Origin: Candidatus Thorarchaeota archaeon
GTDB taxonomy: Archaea; Asgardarchaeota; Thorarchaeia; Thorarchaeales; Thorarchaeaceae
Direction of reading: 5' to 3'
Assembly: GCA_003345555.1 (NCBI GenBank)
Contig: PRDJ01000073.1
Span: forward strand, 1 to 32,000
DNA length: 32,000 bases
Shown here: one piece after another, positions 7,887-16,718 of the stretch
Position numbering within the stretch: position 1 is the first letter of the stretch
Layout: the number at the start of each line of letters is the position of its first letter
Notes under the pieces: generated by a model
Seen by the model: the letters and a program-made list of their open reading frames with translations, nothing else
Databases searched by the model: none
What the model was told of the DNA's origin: nothing
Made by a program: the position numbers and the translations under genes

Positions 7887-8303
7887 ATGGTCATAGACAG
7901 AGAGGGAGCAACTAGTGCAATAATCTTGCGCCTAAACACTGGGAAACCCGTGGAGTTCCCAGCGGAGTTTGTATCTGACATAGGGGAGAAAGCTGCCCTC
8001 ACCGTGTTGCATCACAAGGACAAAGTCGTCAAGCTATTTCCTGTTTCCAGTGACGTTATCTACCTTCTGAGAATCGAGATTAGCGATCTCTCACGCAACT
8101 TCCTCAAGCAGCTCAACTTTGCATTTAACGATGCTAAGTTGAATGACATCATTTTCACGACTGGCGTTTGCCTAAGGGGAGAACGCTGTTACTACGAGTG
8201 TTATTTCGTGCCCGATCAGCTGGTCGTGACCTTGCGGGAGCTGGAGGATAGCCTCAAGAAAATCCCCGGTGTCTCAAGGGTAGTGTTACGCAAGGTAGAC
8301 TAG
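7887..8303 (+). CDS. Small protein with AbrB-like N-terminus and ACT-like C-terminus (putative regulator)
   Basis: 'KPVEFPAEF...KVVKLFPV' resembles a swapped-hairpin fold and 'LRIEI.D....L..L...F...LEDSLKKIPGVSRV' is ACT-like. TTTTATTA TATA-like element at 7830-7837. Confidence 0.6.
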   Translation: MVIDREGATSAIILRLNTGKPVEFPAEFVSDIGEKAALTVLHHKDKVVKLFPVSSDVIYLLRIEISDLSRNFLKQLNFAFNDAKLNDIIFTTGVCLRGERCYYECYFVPDQLVVTLRELEDSLKKIPGVSRVVLRKVD

Positions 8304-8343
8304 GGAAGGCCACTCGACTAGAGGGTAAGTTAGCATTTTTGGA

Positions 8344-8420
8344 GAGACCTTCGTGTCTCCCCCTTTTCAAGGGGCCAGAGGACTCAGGCCATCATAGTAT
8401 TCTAAGGAGCCCTCTGGCTT
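8344..8420. terminator. Cluster of hairpins between convergent genes (possible bidirectional terminator)
   Basis: GAGAC/GTCTC (8344-8359), CCCCTT/AAGGGG (8360-8374) and GCCAGAGG/CCTCTGGC (8374-8418). Confidence 0.3.
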
Positions 8421-8448
8421 CGGGCATGAAATGTCGTGGTCCTAGAAT

Positions 8449-9285
8449 TCAGTCCTCGATGATCTCTCCTCCCGTCGACTCACGGTAGTTTCTCAAGTTA
8501 TGCGGGATATATGCATCGAGAAACACCTGAAGGATTTGTTCTGCGTCTCTATAGATTCCATAGGATTCGAAGTATAGGACGACGTTCCTCAAATCCTCCC
8601 TGAGCATAGACTCGGCGTGTCTCATATCGCAGTGTGTGTCGACCTTGTATGCTTGGGGAACGTCTATTATCCAAGGCTGTTCCTGCCACCAGAGAATATT
8701 GTACTTGCTAAGGTCACCATGTACATAGTGGACATCCCGATACATGATTAGGTAGTCATCAAGAATCTGATCGAACACGAGCTCAGGATGTTCTAGATCG
8801 ACATCCTTCAGCTTGGCGGCGGCCTGCTTGTTGTCACCCAAGAATCTCATTGTCAGGTAGTTACCAACTCTGCCAATTGGGGTAGGCACATGGATCCCTG
8901 CCCGAAAACAGTTCATGAGCAGGTCATACTCTACAACTGCGAAGTTCTCCACCATCTGTAGGACCAGGTGACTTCTCTTCGATGAGGCTACTCCCTGGAA
9001 TCCGCTCTTCGCCGACAAATGATGAGAACTGCGGTACAGTCTGTAAGCCTTAAGGACTATTGGGTGCTCCTTCCACAGGGCAAGATAGATCGAGGCCTCC
9101 TTGCCTGCGTTCATCTGGTACAGCAAATCCGTAGCGAGTCCGAACCTAATCGCATCTTCCTTCACAGAGTCGAAGGTCAGTTCGGACAGTGCTGAATCCT
9201 GGGTTTGATCCTTTGCTTTCTGCTCAGTCCTTTCTCTGGTGAGAGACGAGCCTTTCAGAGGATTGAATTTCTCAACTCGGCTCAT
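8449..9285 (-). CDS. rio1: RIO1-like atypical Ser/Thr protein kinase
   Basis: 'GKEASIY', 'KAYR', catalytic loop 'HGDLSKYNIL', 'IIDVPQA' and 'LREDLRNV..YF'. Confidence 0.88.
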   Translation of the reverse strand: MSRVEKFNPLKGSSLTRERTEQKAKDQTQDSALSELTFDSVKEDAIRFGLATDLLYQMNAGKEASIYLALWKEHPIVLKAYRLYRSSHHLSAKSGFQGVASSKRSHLVLQMVENFAVVEYDLLMNCFRAGIHVPTPIGRVGNYLTMRFLGDNKQAAAKLKDVDLEHPELVFDQILDDYLIMYRDVHYVHGDLSKYNILWWQEQPWIIDVPQAYKVDTHCDMRHAESMLREDLRNVVLYFESYGIYRDAEQILQVFLDAYIPHNLRNYRESTGGEIIED

Positions 9286-9814
9286 TTCTTCTCCGCTCCG
9301 CGAAAGGGCCCAAGCACTCTCTATGCTTCTCTATATGCAATTCTATTGTACACCTTCGGTGTATGGATAGTTGTGCGTCAATGATTAGTGGCACACAAGA
9401 GGGACTGCAGGCTTGTGCAACCGTGCTGTGTTTCACTCAGTGGTTTCGGTGACGCACGATGAACGAAGGACACCTAGAGAAACAGAGAAAGCTCATTCAA
9501 CTTCTCGAGCACGGATGCTAACGCCCGCTGCTAGAACAGATACCTCTGCCATCATAAACAGGAACGACACCTCCGTGCTTTAGGTGGCCAGAAAAGACTT
9601 GGCCTGTTGATATAGGCTTTCCGGTCTCAGAGGGAAAGCGACTCTTCTCATGTCGGAATTTGAGCTCAACCACCAAAACACCTCGTGAGCACAAGATACG
9701 GACAGAAGCATTTATTTCTGGTAAGTCTCGCGTGACCGCAGTTTCCGTCTGGCGATTCTGAGGCCGACAACGAGACTAATGCAATCATGCTGTGCACAGA
9801 GAGAGACGAGAAAG

Positions 9815-11524
9815 ATGCCAAAGCCATCCAATCCACTAATCGTACAGTCTGACAAGTCTGTTCTGCTTGAGGTCGACAATCCCCTCTACGAGAAGGCGAG
9901 GGACTCCTTGGCCCGTTTTGCAGAACTAGTCAAGAGCCCAGAGTACGTCCATACATACAGGATTACACCCCTCAGCCTCTGGAATGCAGCCGCAGCAGGG
10001 ATGAAACCGGATGCCGTCGTACAGGCTCTTGAACAATACGCCAAGTATCCCATTCCAGGTAACATTGCTCGCGAGATCCTCGACTATATGAGCCGGTATG
10101 GCCAGCTGTCGCTTCTGAAAGAGGGAGACAGGCTCATTCTCTCATGTGCGAACGATGATCTTGCCGAAGAGATTTGGGCTAACACGAAGGTCCGGGAGCT
10201 TCTGTTAGACAGACTAGACAAGACTAGGATGCTCGTAGATCCAGCTCAGAGAGGTTTCGTCAAACAGATACTCCTTGATTTCGGCCATCCCGTTGACGAC
10301 ATTGCGGGATACGTCAAAGGTGAGGAACTGCCCTTCGAACTGCGTTCTACCACCCTCGGGGGAAGACCATTCAAGTTGAGGGCCTATCAGCAAGATGCTG
10401 CGGCCACGTTTTATGCAGGTGGAGGAATAACAGGAGGCTCGGGCGTGGTCGTGCTGCCATGCGGATCCGGAAAGACAATGGTGGGCATGGGCATCATGCA
10501 CGAACTCCAGACCTCAACTCTGATATTGTGTCCCAACGTTGTTGCAGTGCGTCAGTGGATAGCAGAACTGCTCGACAAGACCACCCTCACGCCAGAGCAA
10601 ATAGGAGAATATACTGGCGACAACAAGAACGTGCGCCCTATCACTGTCGCAACCTACCAAATACTAACGTGGCGCAGGTCGAGGGAGGAAGAATTCGAGC
10701 ATTTCAAGATCTTCGAGGCCAGAAAATGGGGTCTAATCATATACGACGAAGTGCATCTTCTTCCTGCCCCAGTATTCAGAGTGACTGCATCCATACAAGC
10801 GACAAGGAGACTAGGCCTCACTGCAACACTTGTCAGGGAAGATGAGAGGGAAGAAGACGTCTTCAGTCTCATAGGGCCAAAAAGGTACGACGTTCCGTGG
10901 AAGCAGCTTGAAGATCAAGGCTGGATTGCAACTGCAGTCTGCTATGAGATTCGTGTAGATCTACCTGACAGTCTGAAGCGGAAATATGCAATCGAGGAGG
11001 ATCGGAGGAAGTACAGGATTGCAGCGGAGAACCCGGTCAAGCTGGAAGTGCTCCTCAAGATAGTAGCTCACCACCAAAAGGACAACATCCTCATCATAGG
11101 CATGTACTTGGATCAATTGAAGATCATCGCTGATGAACTGGAAGCCCCACTGATTACGGGAAAGACAGGCAACGACGAGCGCCAGGAACTGTACGATGGC
11201 TTTCGTCATGGAAAAATCAAGACGCTTGTCGTATCCAAGGTCGCCAATTTCGCTCTGGACCTTCCCGATGCAAATGTGGCAATTCAGGTATCCGGGACAT
11301 TTGGTTCGCGTCAGGAGGAAGCTCAAAGACTGGGGCGAATCCTCAGACCCAAGGTAGACGGCAGTCTGGCGCGCTTCTACTCTATCGTCACGAAGGATAC
11401 TCGTGACATGGACTTCGGGGCAAAGAGACAGCTGTTTCTGACCGAACAAGGATACCAGTACGTCATAGCATCTGCAGATGAAGAAGTCTGGAAACAGGCA
11501 CCTGAGTCCCTTTGTGCTGTCTAG
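9815..11524 (+). CDS. xpb: XPB/Ssl2/Rad25-type SF2 DNA helicase/translocase with N-terminal clutch (Helicase_C_3-like) domain
   Basis: N-terminal 'PLIVQSDKSVLLE...RFAELVKSPEYVHTYRITPLSLWNA', then 'LRAYQ', Walker A 'LPCGSGKT', 'IIYDEVH', 'LGLTATLVRED' and 'SRQEEAQRLGRILR'. Likely ATG at 9815. Confidence 0.95.
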   Translation: MPKPSNPLIVQSDKSVLLEVDNPLYEKARDSLARFAELVKSPEYVHTYRITPLSLWNAAAAGMKPDAVVQALEQYAKYPIPGNIAREILDYMSRYGQLSLLKEGDRLILSCANDDLAEEIWANTKVRELLLDRLDKTRMLVDPAQRGFVKQILLDFGHPVDDIAGYVKGEELPFELRSTTLGGRPFKLRAYQQDAAATFYAGGGITGGSGVVVLPCGSGKTMVGMGIMHELQTSTLILCPNVVAVRQWIAELLDKTTLTPEQIGEYTGDNKNVRPITVATYQILTWRRSREEEFEHFKIFEARKWGLIIYDEVHLLPAPVFRVTASIQATRRLGLTATLVREDEREEDVFSLIGPKRYDVPWKQLEDQGWIATAVCYEIRVDLPDSLKRKYAIEEDRRKYRIAAENPVKLEVLLKIVAHHQKDNILIIGMYLDQLKIIADELEAPLITGKTGNDERQELYDGFRHGKIKTLVVSKVANFALDLPDANVAIQVSGTFGSRQEEAQRLGRILRPKVDGSLARFYSIVTKDTRDMDFGAKRQLFLTEQGYQYVIASADEEVWKQAPESLCAV

Positions 11525-11599
11525 AATCCGTGGAGTCCAGCCACCCTGAGCATGTCTTCTGCCGGACCTTGGACTGATTGTTCTGTTTGACAGAATGGG

Positions 11600-12541
11600 T
11601 CAGGTTTGCCTTGTCACCAAGATGGACCTCAGGTAATCCATTTTCTCGTGAATATACCCTAAGACTCTGGGCCCGATATCAGGGGTCACAACCTCAGGCT
11701 CAATCATTTCTCTCTCGAGATTGGCCAAGAAGCATATACTCCAACCGATAGCTGACATTAGAGCTAGCGGCACGAGAGCCTGAATGATTGCGGCCTCTTC
11801 ATAGCTCTTGAAGACACCATCGGGGACATGGTGGTGGGTTGCTCCCTCGGCCTGACTGACGAGGTAAGCTAAGTCTAGAAGCGGTTCTCCGATGCTGCAC
11901 GATCCCAAATCCAGCAACAGGACCCTATCCGGCTGAATTATGATGTTCGACTCCTGTAGGTCTCCGTGCATAGTCCTGCGGGACCAGACGCATGCAGCAT
12001 CGATGCTGCTTCCGAGTTCCTTCGCGGTCACACCAAAGAAACCTGCTGCGGCCGCTAGCTGAGGCGAGAAACCGGTGGAACCTTTCTTGCTACGAAGGAC
12101 TTGGTCCGTGATGTGTTTCAGATACTCGGAAGGCTTCTTGTAGGACTGAACTCCTCGTGGATGCAGCTGTGACAGAATCAAAAGCGCCTGCCGCATTTTT
12201 TCCAAACCAGATGCAGGAATTTGGTCAAGGGATGAAGGTATAGTGCCCTCAGCGTATTCCGCTATGATGAAAGGGGTTCGGAACTCATCATCAAGACGAT
12301 CACATTGAATCGGCTTGGGACAAAGGTCTCTGCGGCGCAGGAAATTCATGACTTCGTATTCGTAACTATACGGGTGTGCCTTATGAGGACCCTTGAGCAC
12401 TGGCAACTTCAGAATGTAACGTTGTCTTGGCGTTCGGGCAATCAGAGAAACACTGTCCCAGCCGCCATGGGGTGCAGAATCGAGAGTAAGCGAATCACTG
12501 CCACGCCATGCTTTGTTGACCAACCTGCCGAGTTCACTCAT
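11600..12541 (-). CDS. Aminoglycoside phosphotransferase/choline kinase (APH) family protein
   Basis: Gly-rich 'HGGWDSV', 'YILKL', Brenner motif 'HGDLQESNII', 'LLDLG' and 'GEPLLDLAYL'. Likely start at 12541 (ORF extends to 12658). Confidence 0.8.
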   Translation of the reverse strand: MSELGRLVNKAWRGSDSLTLDSAPHGGWDSVSLIARTPRQRYILKLPVLKGPHKAHPYSYEYEVMNFLRRRDLCPKPIQCDRLDDEFRTPFIIAEYAEGTIPSSLDQIPASGLEKMRQALLILSQLHPRGVQSYKKPSEYLKHITDQVLRSKKGSTGFSPQLAAAAGFFGVTAKELGSSIDAACVWSRRTMHGDLQESNIIIQPDRVLLLDLGSCSIGEPLLDLAYLVSQAEGATHHHVPDGVFKSYEEAAIIQALVPLALMSAIGWSICFLANLEREMIEPEVVTPDIGPRVLGYIHEKMDYLRSILVTRQT

Positions 12542-12661
12542 GTCATGACCGTGTACTTTGGAGATTCTTACCCTCACAGGCCTTTCACCCCAAGAAACAA
12601 ACATGTCTGGAATCTCTCGACCACAAGAGCCCGCTTTCTGGGCCGCTCCACAGTCCAAGCA

Positions 12662-13789
12662 TTAGACTTTCTTGCCTGACAAGATATCCCCTATTGACGC
12701 CAGCAATGCCGACAGATGGATGAAGGGGTTCTTACCTTGTTTCATTCGGAAATCGATTTCAGCAGTCCTCTGCACCAGTGCGTTTCGTGTCGTCTCGTCA
12801 AGTGACCTCACAGCGATTTCCCTCTGAATCTGAAGACACACCTCGTCCGGAGTATACCCCTCGACGGCCAACAACTGTTTCATCAAGTCTCTGGATTCAC
12901 CAAAGGAACCCTTTGCGGCCAAGGAGACCATACGGCGCACAGCGCTCACGATTCGAGACTCGGAGCATTCATAGACGATGTCTTCGGTGACCTTGGTCAC
13001 ACCCGCTGCTGAGATTTGAAGAAGGTTCAGGGCACGTCGCATATCACCTGATGACTCTTTAGCGATGGCGGCGAAGGCGGTATCATCTACCTTGAGGCGT
13101 TCTTTCCCAGCAATGTCCTGCAGGAGCCTCATCACGGTCTCGCCTGATAAGGCGGGAAACCTGAGTATCAAGCATCGAGACAAGATTGCAGGACTCCAGC
13201 CCGTCAATGATGGAGTGATTAGTATGAACCGGCAGGCATCGCTGTACATTTCCATAGTCCTGCGGAGCGACTGCTGCATACTCGTATCGAGAGCATCGGC
13301 TTCGTCGAGGACTAGGTACTTAATCATCTCATTGCTCAGAGTCATTGTGGAAGCAAACATCCTGATAGCTTCGTGCAAGAGTTGACCCTTGTTCGGCTCG
13401 CGAGAGCGGCCCTTGAGAGCAATACCAGTCTTTGCTTCACGATATACTGCAGACATGAACTCATCCAATTCAGTACGCTCGCTTCGGTCCAGTTTTGCCA
13501 AAGCCGTTAGGTCACGCTTAGCTTTTGCGACTGATATATCCTTCAAATCGCGAATATTGAGATACTGGAAGTTTTCTGTGAATGTGTCCCCCAAGAGATC
13601 TCTGGCGAACACCTGGGCAGCACATGACTTACCTGTTCCAGGTGGCCCAAGGAATATCATGTTGTGCGCGGTCTTTGACCTAGCAAGGCCTCTCAACTGG
13701 CCAATAGTATCATCTTGGCCAACGAACTCATCCCACGTATGTGGGGCGTATTTGATAGACCAGAGAACTGGCTCCAACCATCGCACCAA
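12662..13789 (-). CDS. rfcS: Replication factor C small subunit homolog with an internal insertion
   Basis: 'WSIKYAP..WDEFVGQ', Walker A 'GPPGTGKS', Walker B 'LDEADAL', 'QQSLRRTMEMY', 'SRC' and 'GDMRRALNLLQ'. Confidence 0.88.
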   Translation of the reverse strand: MVRWLEPVLWSIKYAPHTWDEFVGQDDTIGQLRGLARSKTAHNMIFLGPPGTGKSCAAQVFARDLLGDTFTENFQYLNIRDLKDISVAKAKRDLTALAKLDRSERTELDEFMSAVYREAKTGIALKGRSREPNKGQLLHEAIRMFASTMTLSNEMIKYLVLDEADALDTSMQQSLRRTMEMYSDACRFILITPSLTGWSPAILSRCLILRFPALSGETVMRLLQDIAGKERLKVDDTAFAAIAKESSGDMRRALNLLQISAAGVTKVTEDIVYECSESRIVSAVRRMVSLAAKGSFGESRDLMKQLLAVEGYTPDEVCLQIQREIAVRSLDETTRNALVQRTAEIDFRMKQGKNPFIHLSALLASIGDILSGKKV

Positions 13790-13927
13790 TCAAAGGGGCT
13801 AGAGCATGACAAGATAAGTTTGCCTTTACCAACCTCGAACGATAACTCATCATCTTTTCTCTACAGGTCATTTGATAGCACAACCAAAATCGTCATAAAC
13901 AGCTGATATGAGCCTCGTTGGTTACAA

Positions 13928-15670
13928 ATGTCGAAGGAAACGCTCGAACAGGAGCTTGAGCACCTTCTAAGAGAGGACCTTCTTGCAGCCTGCCAGTTCT
14001 GGGGAGTACAGGTGACTGGTACTGCCTCAGGGACATCGCTCGTCAAACTCCTTGCTGAGAAGATGAAATCCAAAGAGGGCCGAGACCGCACCTTCCATTC
14101 CTTTGACCAGAAGGAAACCGACCTGCTCGGAATGCTCACCCTCAGCGGAGGAGCAATGAGCTATGACAGGTTAAAGCCGTACAGGAAAATCTATAGCTAC
14201 GGCCAACTGAACCAAACTGAGAGAGATTTACGAAAGAAGGGTGTTATTGTCAGACGCGTAGTCTCTAGGCTCACAGAATATGGTCGGGAAGTCGCCGAGT
14301 TCAAAATCCTCGACTTCCTTGTCCCTCATCTGGTTAGATTCTTCTCGGAGAAGCCCACACCTGTGACCGAGAAACCAAAGTCAATCAGAACAACCATCGA
14401 CTACAGAGACACGCTCTTGGTTGACATGCTCCTCCTTGTGTCCTACCTTGCCAAAGAAGATGTGAAGATGACATCCTCTTGGGAGTTCCCGAGCCGGGAC
14501 ATCGATCGCGTTATGCAGGCCATGTCGGAGCCCACGACTGACCGGTTTGACCTTGTCCAGAAGGCGGCACGCAAGACGGGTGCATATTCCATCATCGAGA
14601 GTGATAAGGCCGTTCCCTCCAAGGTTGACGTATTGTTCGCCGGACCGCAGGAGCAAGTGGCTCGACGGGTGCTGTTCTCAGCGCTAGGCCGCTCCAGAGC
14701 GATATGGGCAACACCTGACCAGCCGACAGAATACACTCTCAACCTTGCGATATGCCGACTGCGTGAGTGCACCGTTAAGGACTGGATTAGTATCACGGAG
14801 CTTCGTGATTGGATTCGCGCAGAGCTGTTTGTCGACAATCAGCCATTGAAGTGGATTCAAGTCGACGAAGACCGGGTCAGCACAGCTCTAGAGACTCCTG
14901 TTCTGCTTGGCCTCCTACAGGCCGCATACAAGGGAAAGAAAATCCAAGCAGTCAACTTGACACCAGTCGGCGCAGCCGTCATCGCAAATCAACCCCTTCC
15001 TCCGGCTGAGAGCAGGGAATCATTCTTCGTTCAGCCGAACTTCGAGATTACAGTATTCACATCCGAGATGGATTACTACAAGCTATACCAGCTTATGCTT
15101 TTCGCCGAACCAGTTAAGACTGATGTCGTAAGCACACTCAGGATTACAGACAAGTCAGTGTTTCAGGCAATAGAGATGGGTCTCAGAGAGAGAGACATTC
15201 TGGGATTCCTCGAGAAAGAGAGCAGCAAGCCAGTCCCGGCGAATGTCGTCCGCTCAGTCAAGGATTGGGTCTCCCAAGCCACATTCGTCACGATTTCCCA
15301 AGTGTACATGTTGGAGACGGATAACGAGAAGGACCTCGAGAAGCTCATGCTCATCGAGGATTTCAGACAGAGCGTTGTGAAGAAAGTGGGACCAACGGCA
15401 GTAGTACTACAGGGCGATGTCGACAATCTGGCCGAGGATCTTCGAAAGCACAAATGCAACATCACGAGGGCCGATAAGAAAAAGGCGGAACTGGAAGTTA
15501 CTCCAGGTGCTGCAGTAGCTGAGCAGGTTTTACTCTATGGAGACCAGACAGTGACTGATGCTCCTGCGAACTGCATGGGTTGCCCGGCCCTTCAGTCCTG
15601 CAACAAGGTGGTCAAACGTAAGCGCGGGCATCATGAGGAGAACGTGAGTGAAGAAACCGATACTTCCTGA
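13928..15670 (+). CDS. XPB-associated protein with Helicase_C_3/Tfb2(p52)-like clutch domain
   Basis: C-terminal 'FFVQPNFEITVF...LMLFAE......LRITDKSVFQAIEMGL....ILGFLEKES..PVPANV...VKDW' has the same pattern as the XPB N-terminal domain and the p52 clutch. N-terminal helix-extension-helix-like segment, and terminal CxxCxxxxxC. Confidence 0.78.
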   Translation: MSKETLEQELEHLLREDLLAACQFWGVQVTGTASGTSLVKLLAEKMKSKEGRDRTFHSFDQKETDLLGMLTLSGGAMSYDRLKPYRKIYSYGQLNQTERDLRKKGVIVRRVVSRLTEYGREVAEFKILDFLVPHLVRFFSEKPTPVTEKPKSIRTTIDYRDTLLVDMLLLVSYLAKEDVKMTSSWEFPSRDIDRVMQAMSEPTTDRFDLVQKAARKTGAYSIIESDKAVPSKVDVLFAGPQEQVARRVLFSALGRSRAIWATPDQPTEYTLNLAICRLRECTVKDWISITELRDWIRAELFVDNQPLKWIQVDEDRVSTALETPVLLGLLQAAYKGKKIQAVNLTPVGAAVIANQPLPPAESRESFFVQPNFEITVFTSEMDYYKLYQLMLFAEPVKTDVVSTLRITDKSVFQAIEMGLRERDILGFLEKESSKPVPANVVRSVKDWVSQATFVTISQVYMLETDNEKDLEKLMLIEDFRQSVVKKVGPTAVVLQGDVDNLAEDLRKHKCNITRADKKKAELEVTPGAAVAEQVLLYGDQTVTDAPANCMGCPALQSCNKVVKRKRGHHEENVSEETDTS

Positions 15671-16682
15671 ACAGTTGATAGGGCATTTCCTAGGAGTTGG
15701 CAGTGTCGGTGAGACTGACCCAAAAGCTCCTCTCGCCTACGTAAAGTCATTGCGAGTACCCTACGCCTATGAACTACCGAGGCTTAGAGAAGAAGACATG
15801 ATCAGGCGGTTCGCCGCGCTCGTGGATGGGTTCGAGGATAAGGGCGATTTCGTCATGGACATCGATATGTACGTGTACCGGGACATCACCGAGGACGATT
15901 CGCCTCTCTTGCCCGACGAAGCCCATGCACATAGCCTGTACCTGATGACCCAGAATGCATCCTACAATCTCTTCAAGACGCAGCAGCCGGCTCCAGGCAC
16001 GATGTGTTTCAGCACGCGGGGAATCGACGGTAGGCAGCTCGTATCCCGAGCAATGTTTCACCTCTACTCTTCTTTGATGTCAAGGGCAGCCATGGGTCAA
16101 ATGAAGCATCTGTCCCAGTGTTGCAAGAGTATCATACTGTGCCAGGATGATCCTGCACTTGGGTTCGTGTCAAAGATGCTACATGAAGGAAAAGGAGAAG
16201 ACCTAACCTTAAGACAGATTGTTCAGAGTACTGAGAGAGTCTACCCGGTCAATTCGATACCTGCCTACCATTACTGTGATGACTGGAGAGGACTCATCGA
16301 AGACGATTGGTATGTCCTGTGGGACGGTCAGCCAAGAATCAATCACATCGACTTGGTATCATTCAAGCCTGAGATAGAATCCGACCATGCAGAGAGACTG
16401 AATTCATTCCTAGAAAGGGGAGGAAGCATTGCCCTGGGAGTCCTACCGAATGTCGACAGTGGCTATTCCAATCCTGTAGTTGAGACGCTCAGGCAGAATT
16501 TGGAAAAGACGCTGCAATTGCTACACGACAGCGGCGTGGATTTGGGTCTCTTGAGTGACCGAGCCATGATCTCAACTCAATGCGGGCTCTCGAGCGCAAG
16601 CAGCTCGCTGTGTAGAGAAATACATGAAAAGAGCAAGGAATTCCCCACTGTCTTCCGGAAAACGATCAAGAGCTTCATTTGA
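15648..16682 (+). CDS. UROD/MetE-superfamily protein (single-barrel cobalamin-independent methionine synthase-like)
   Basis: N-terminal 'GVGSV', 'QDDPAL', Zn-ligand-like HxC ('HYC'), 'GSIALGVLP' and terminal 'STQCGLS'. Overlaps the upstream gene by 23 bp. Confidence 0.62.
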   Translation: MKKPILPEQLIGHFLGVGSVGETDPKAPLAYVKSLRVPYAYELPRLREEDMIRRFAALVDGFEDKGDFVMDIDMYVYRDITEDDSPLLPDEAHAHSLYLMTQNASYNLFKTQQPAPGTMCFSTRGIDGRQLVSRAMFHLYSSLMSRAAMGQMKHLSQCCKSIILCQDDPALGFVSKMLHEGKGEDLTLRQIVQSTERVYPVNSIPAYHYCDDWRGLIEDDWYVLWDGQPRINHIDLVSFKPEIESDHAERLNSFLERGGSIALGVLPNVDSGYSNPVVETLRQNLEKTLQLLHDSGVDLGLLSDRAMISTQCGLSSASSSLCREIHEKSKEFPTVFRKTIKSFI

Positions 16683-16718
16683 GAAAGTAGCTCGACCGTC
16701 TTCAGCGGTTCACGAGAT

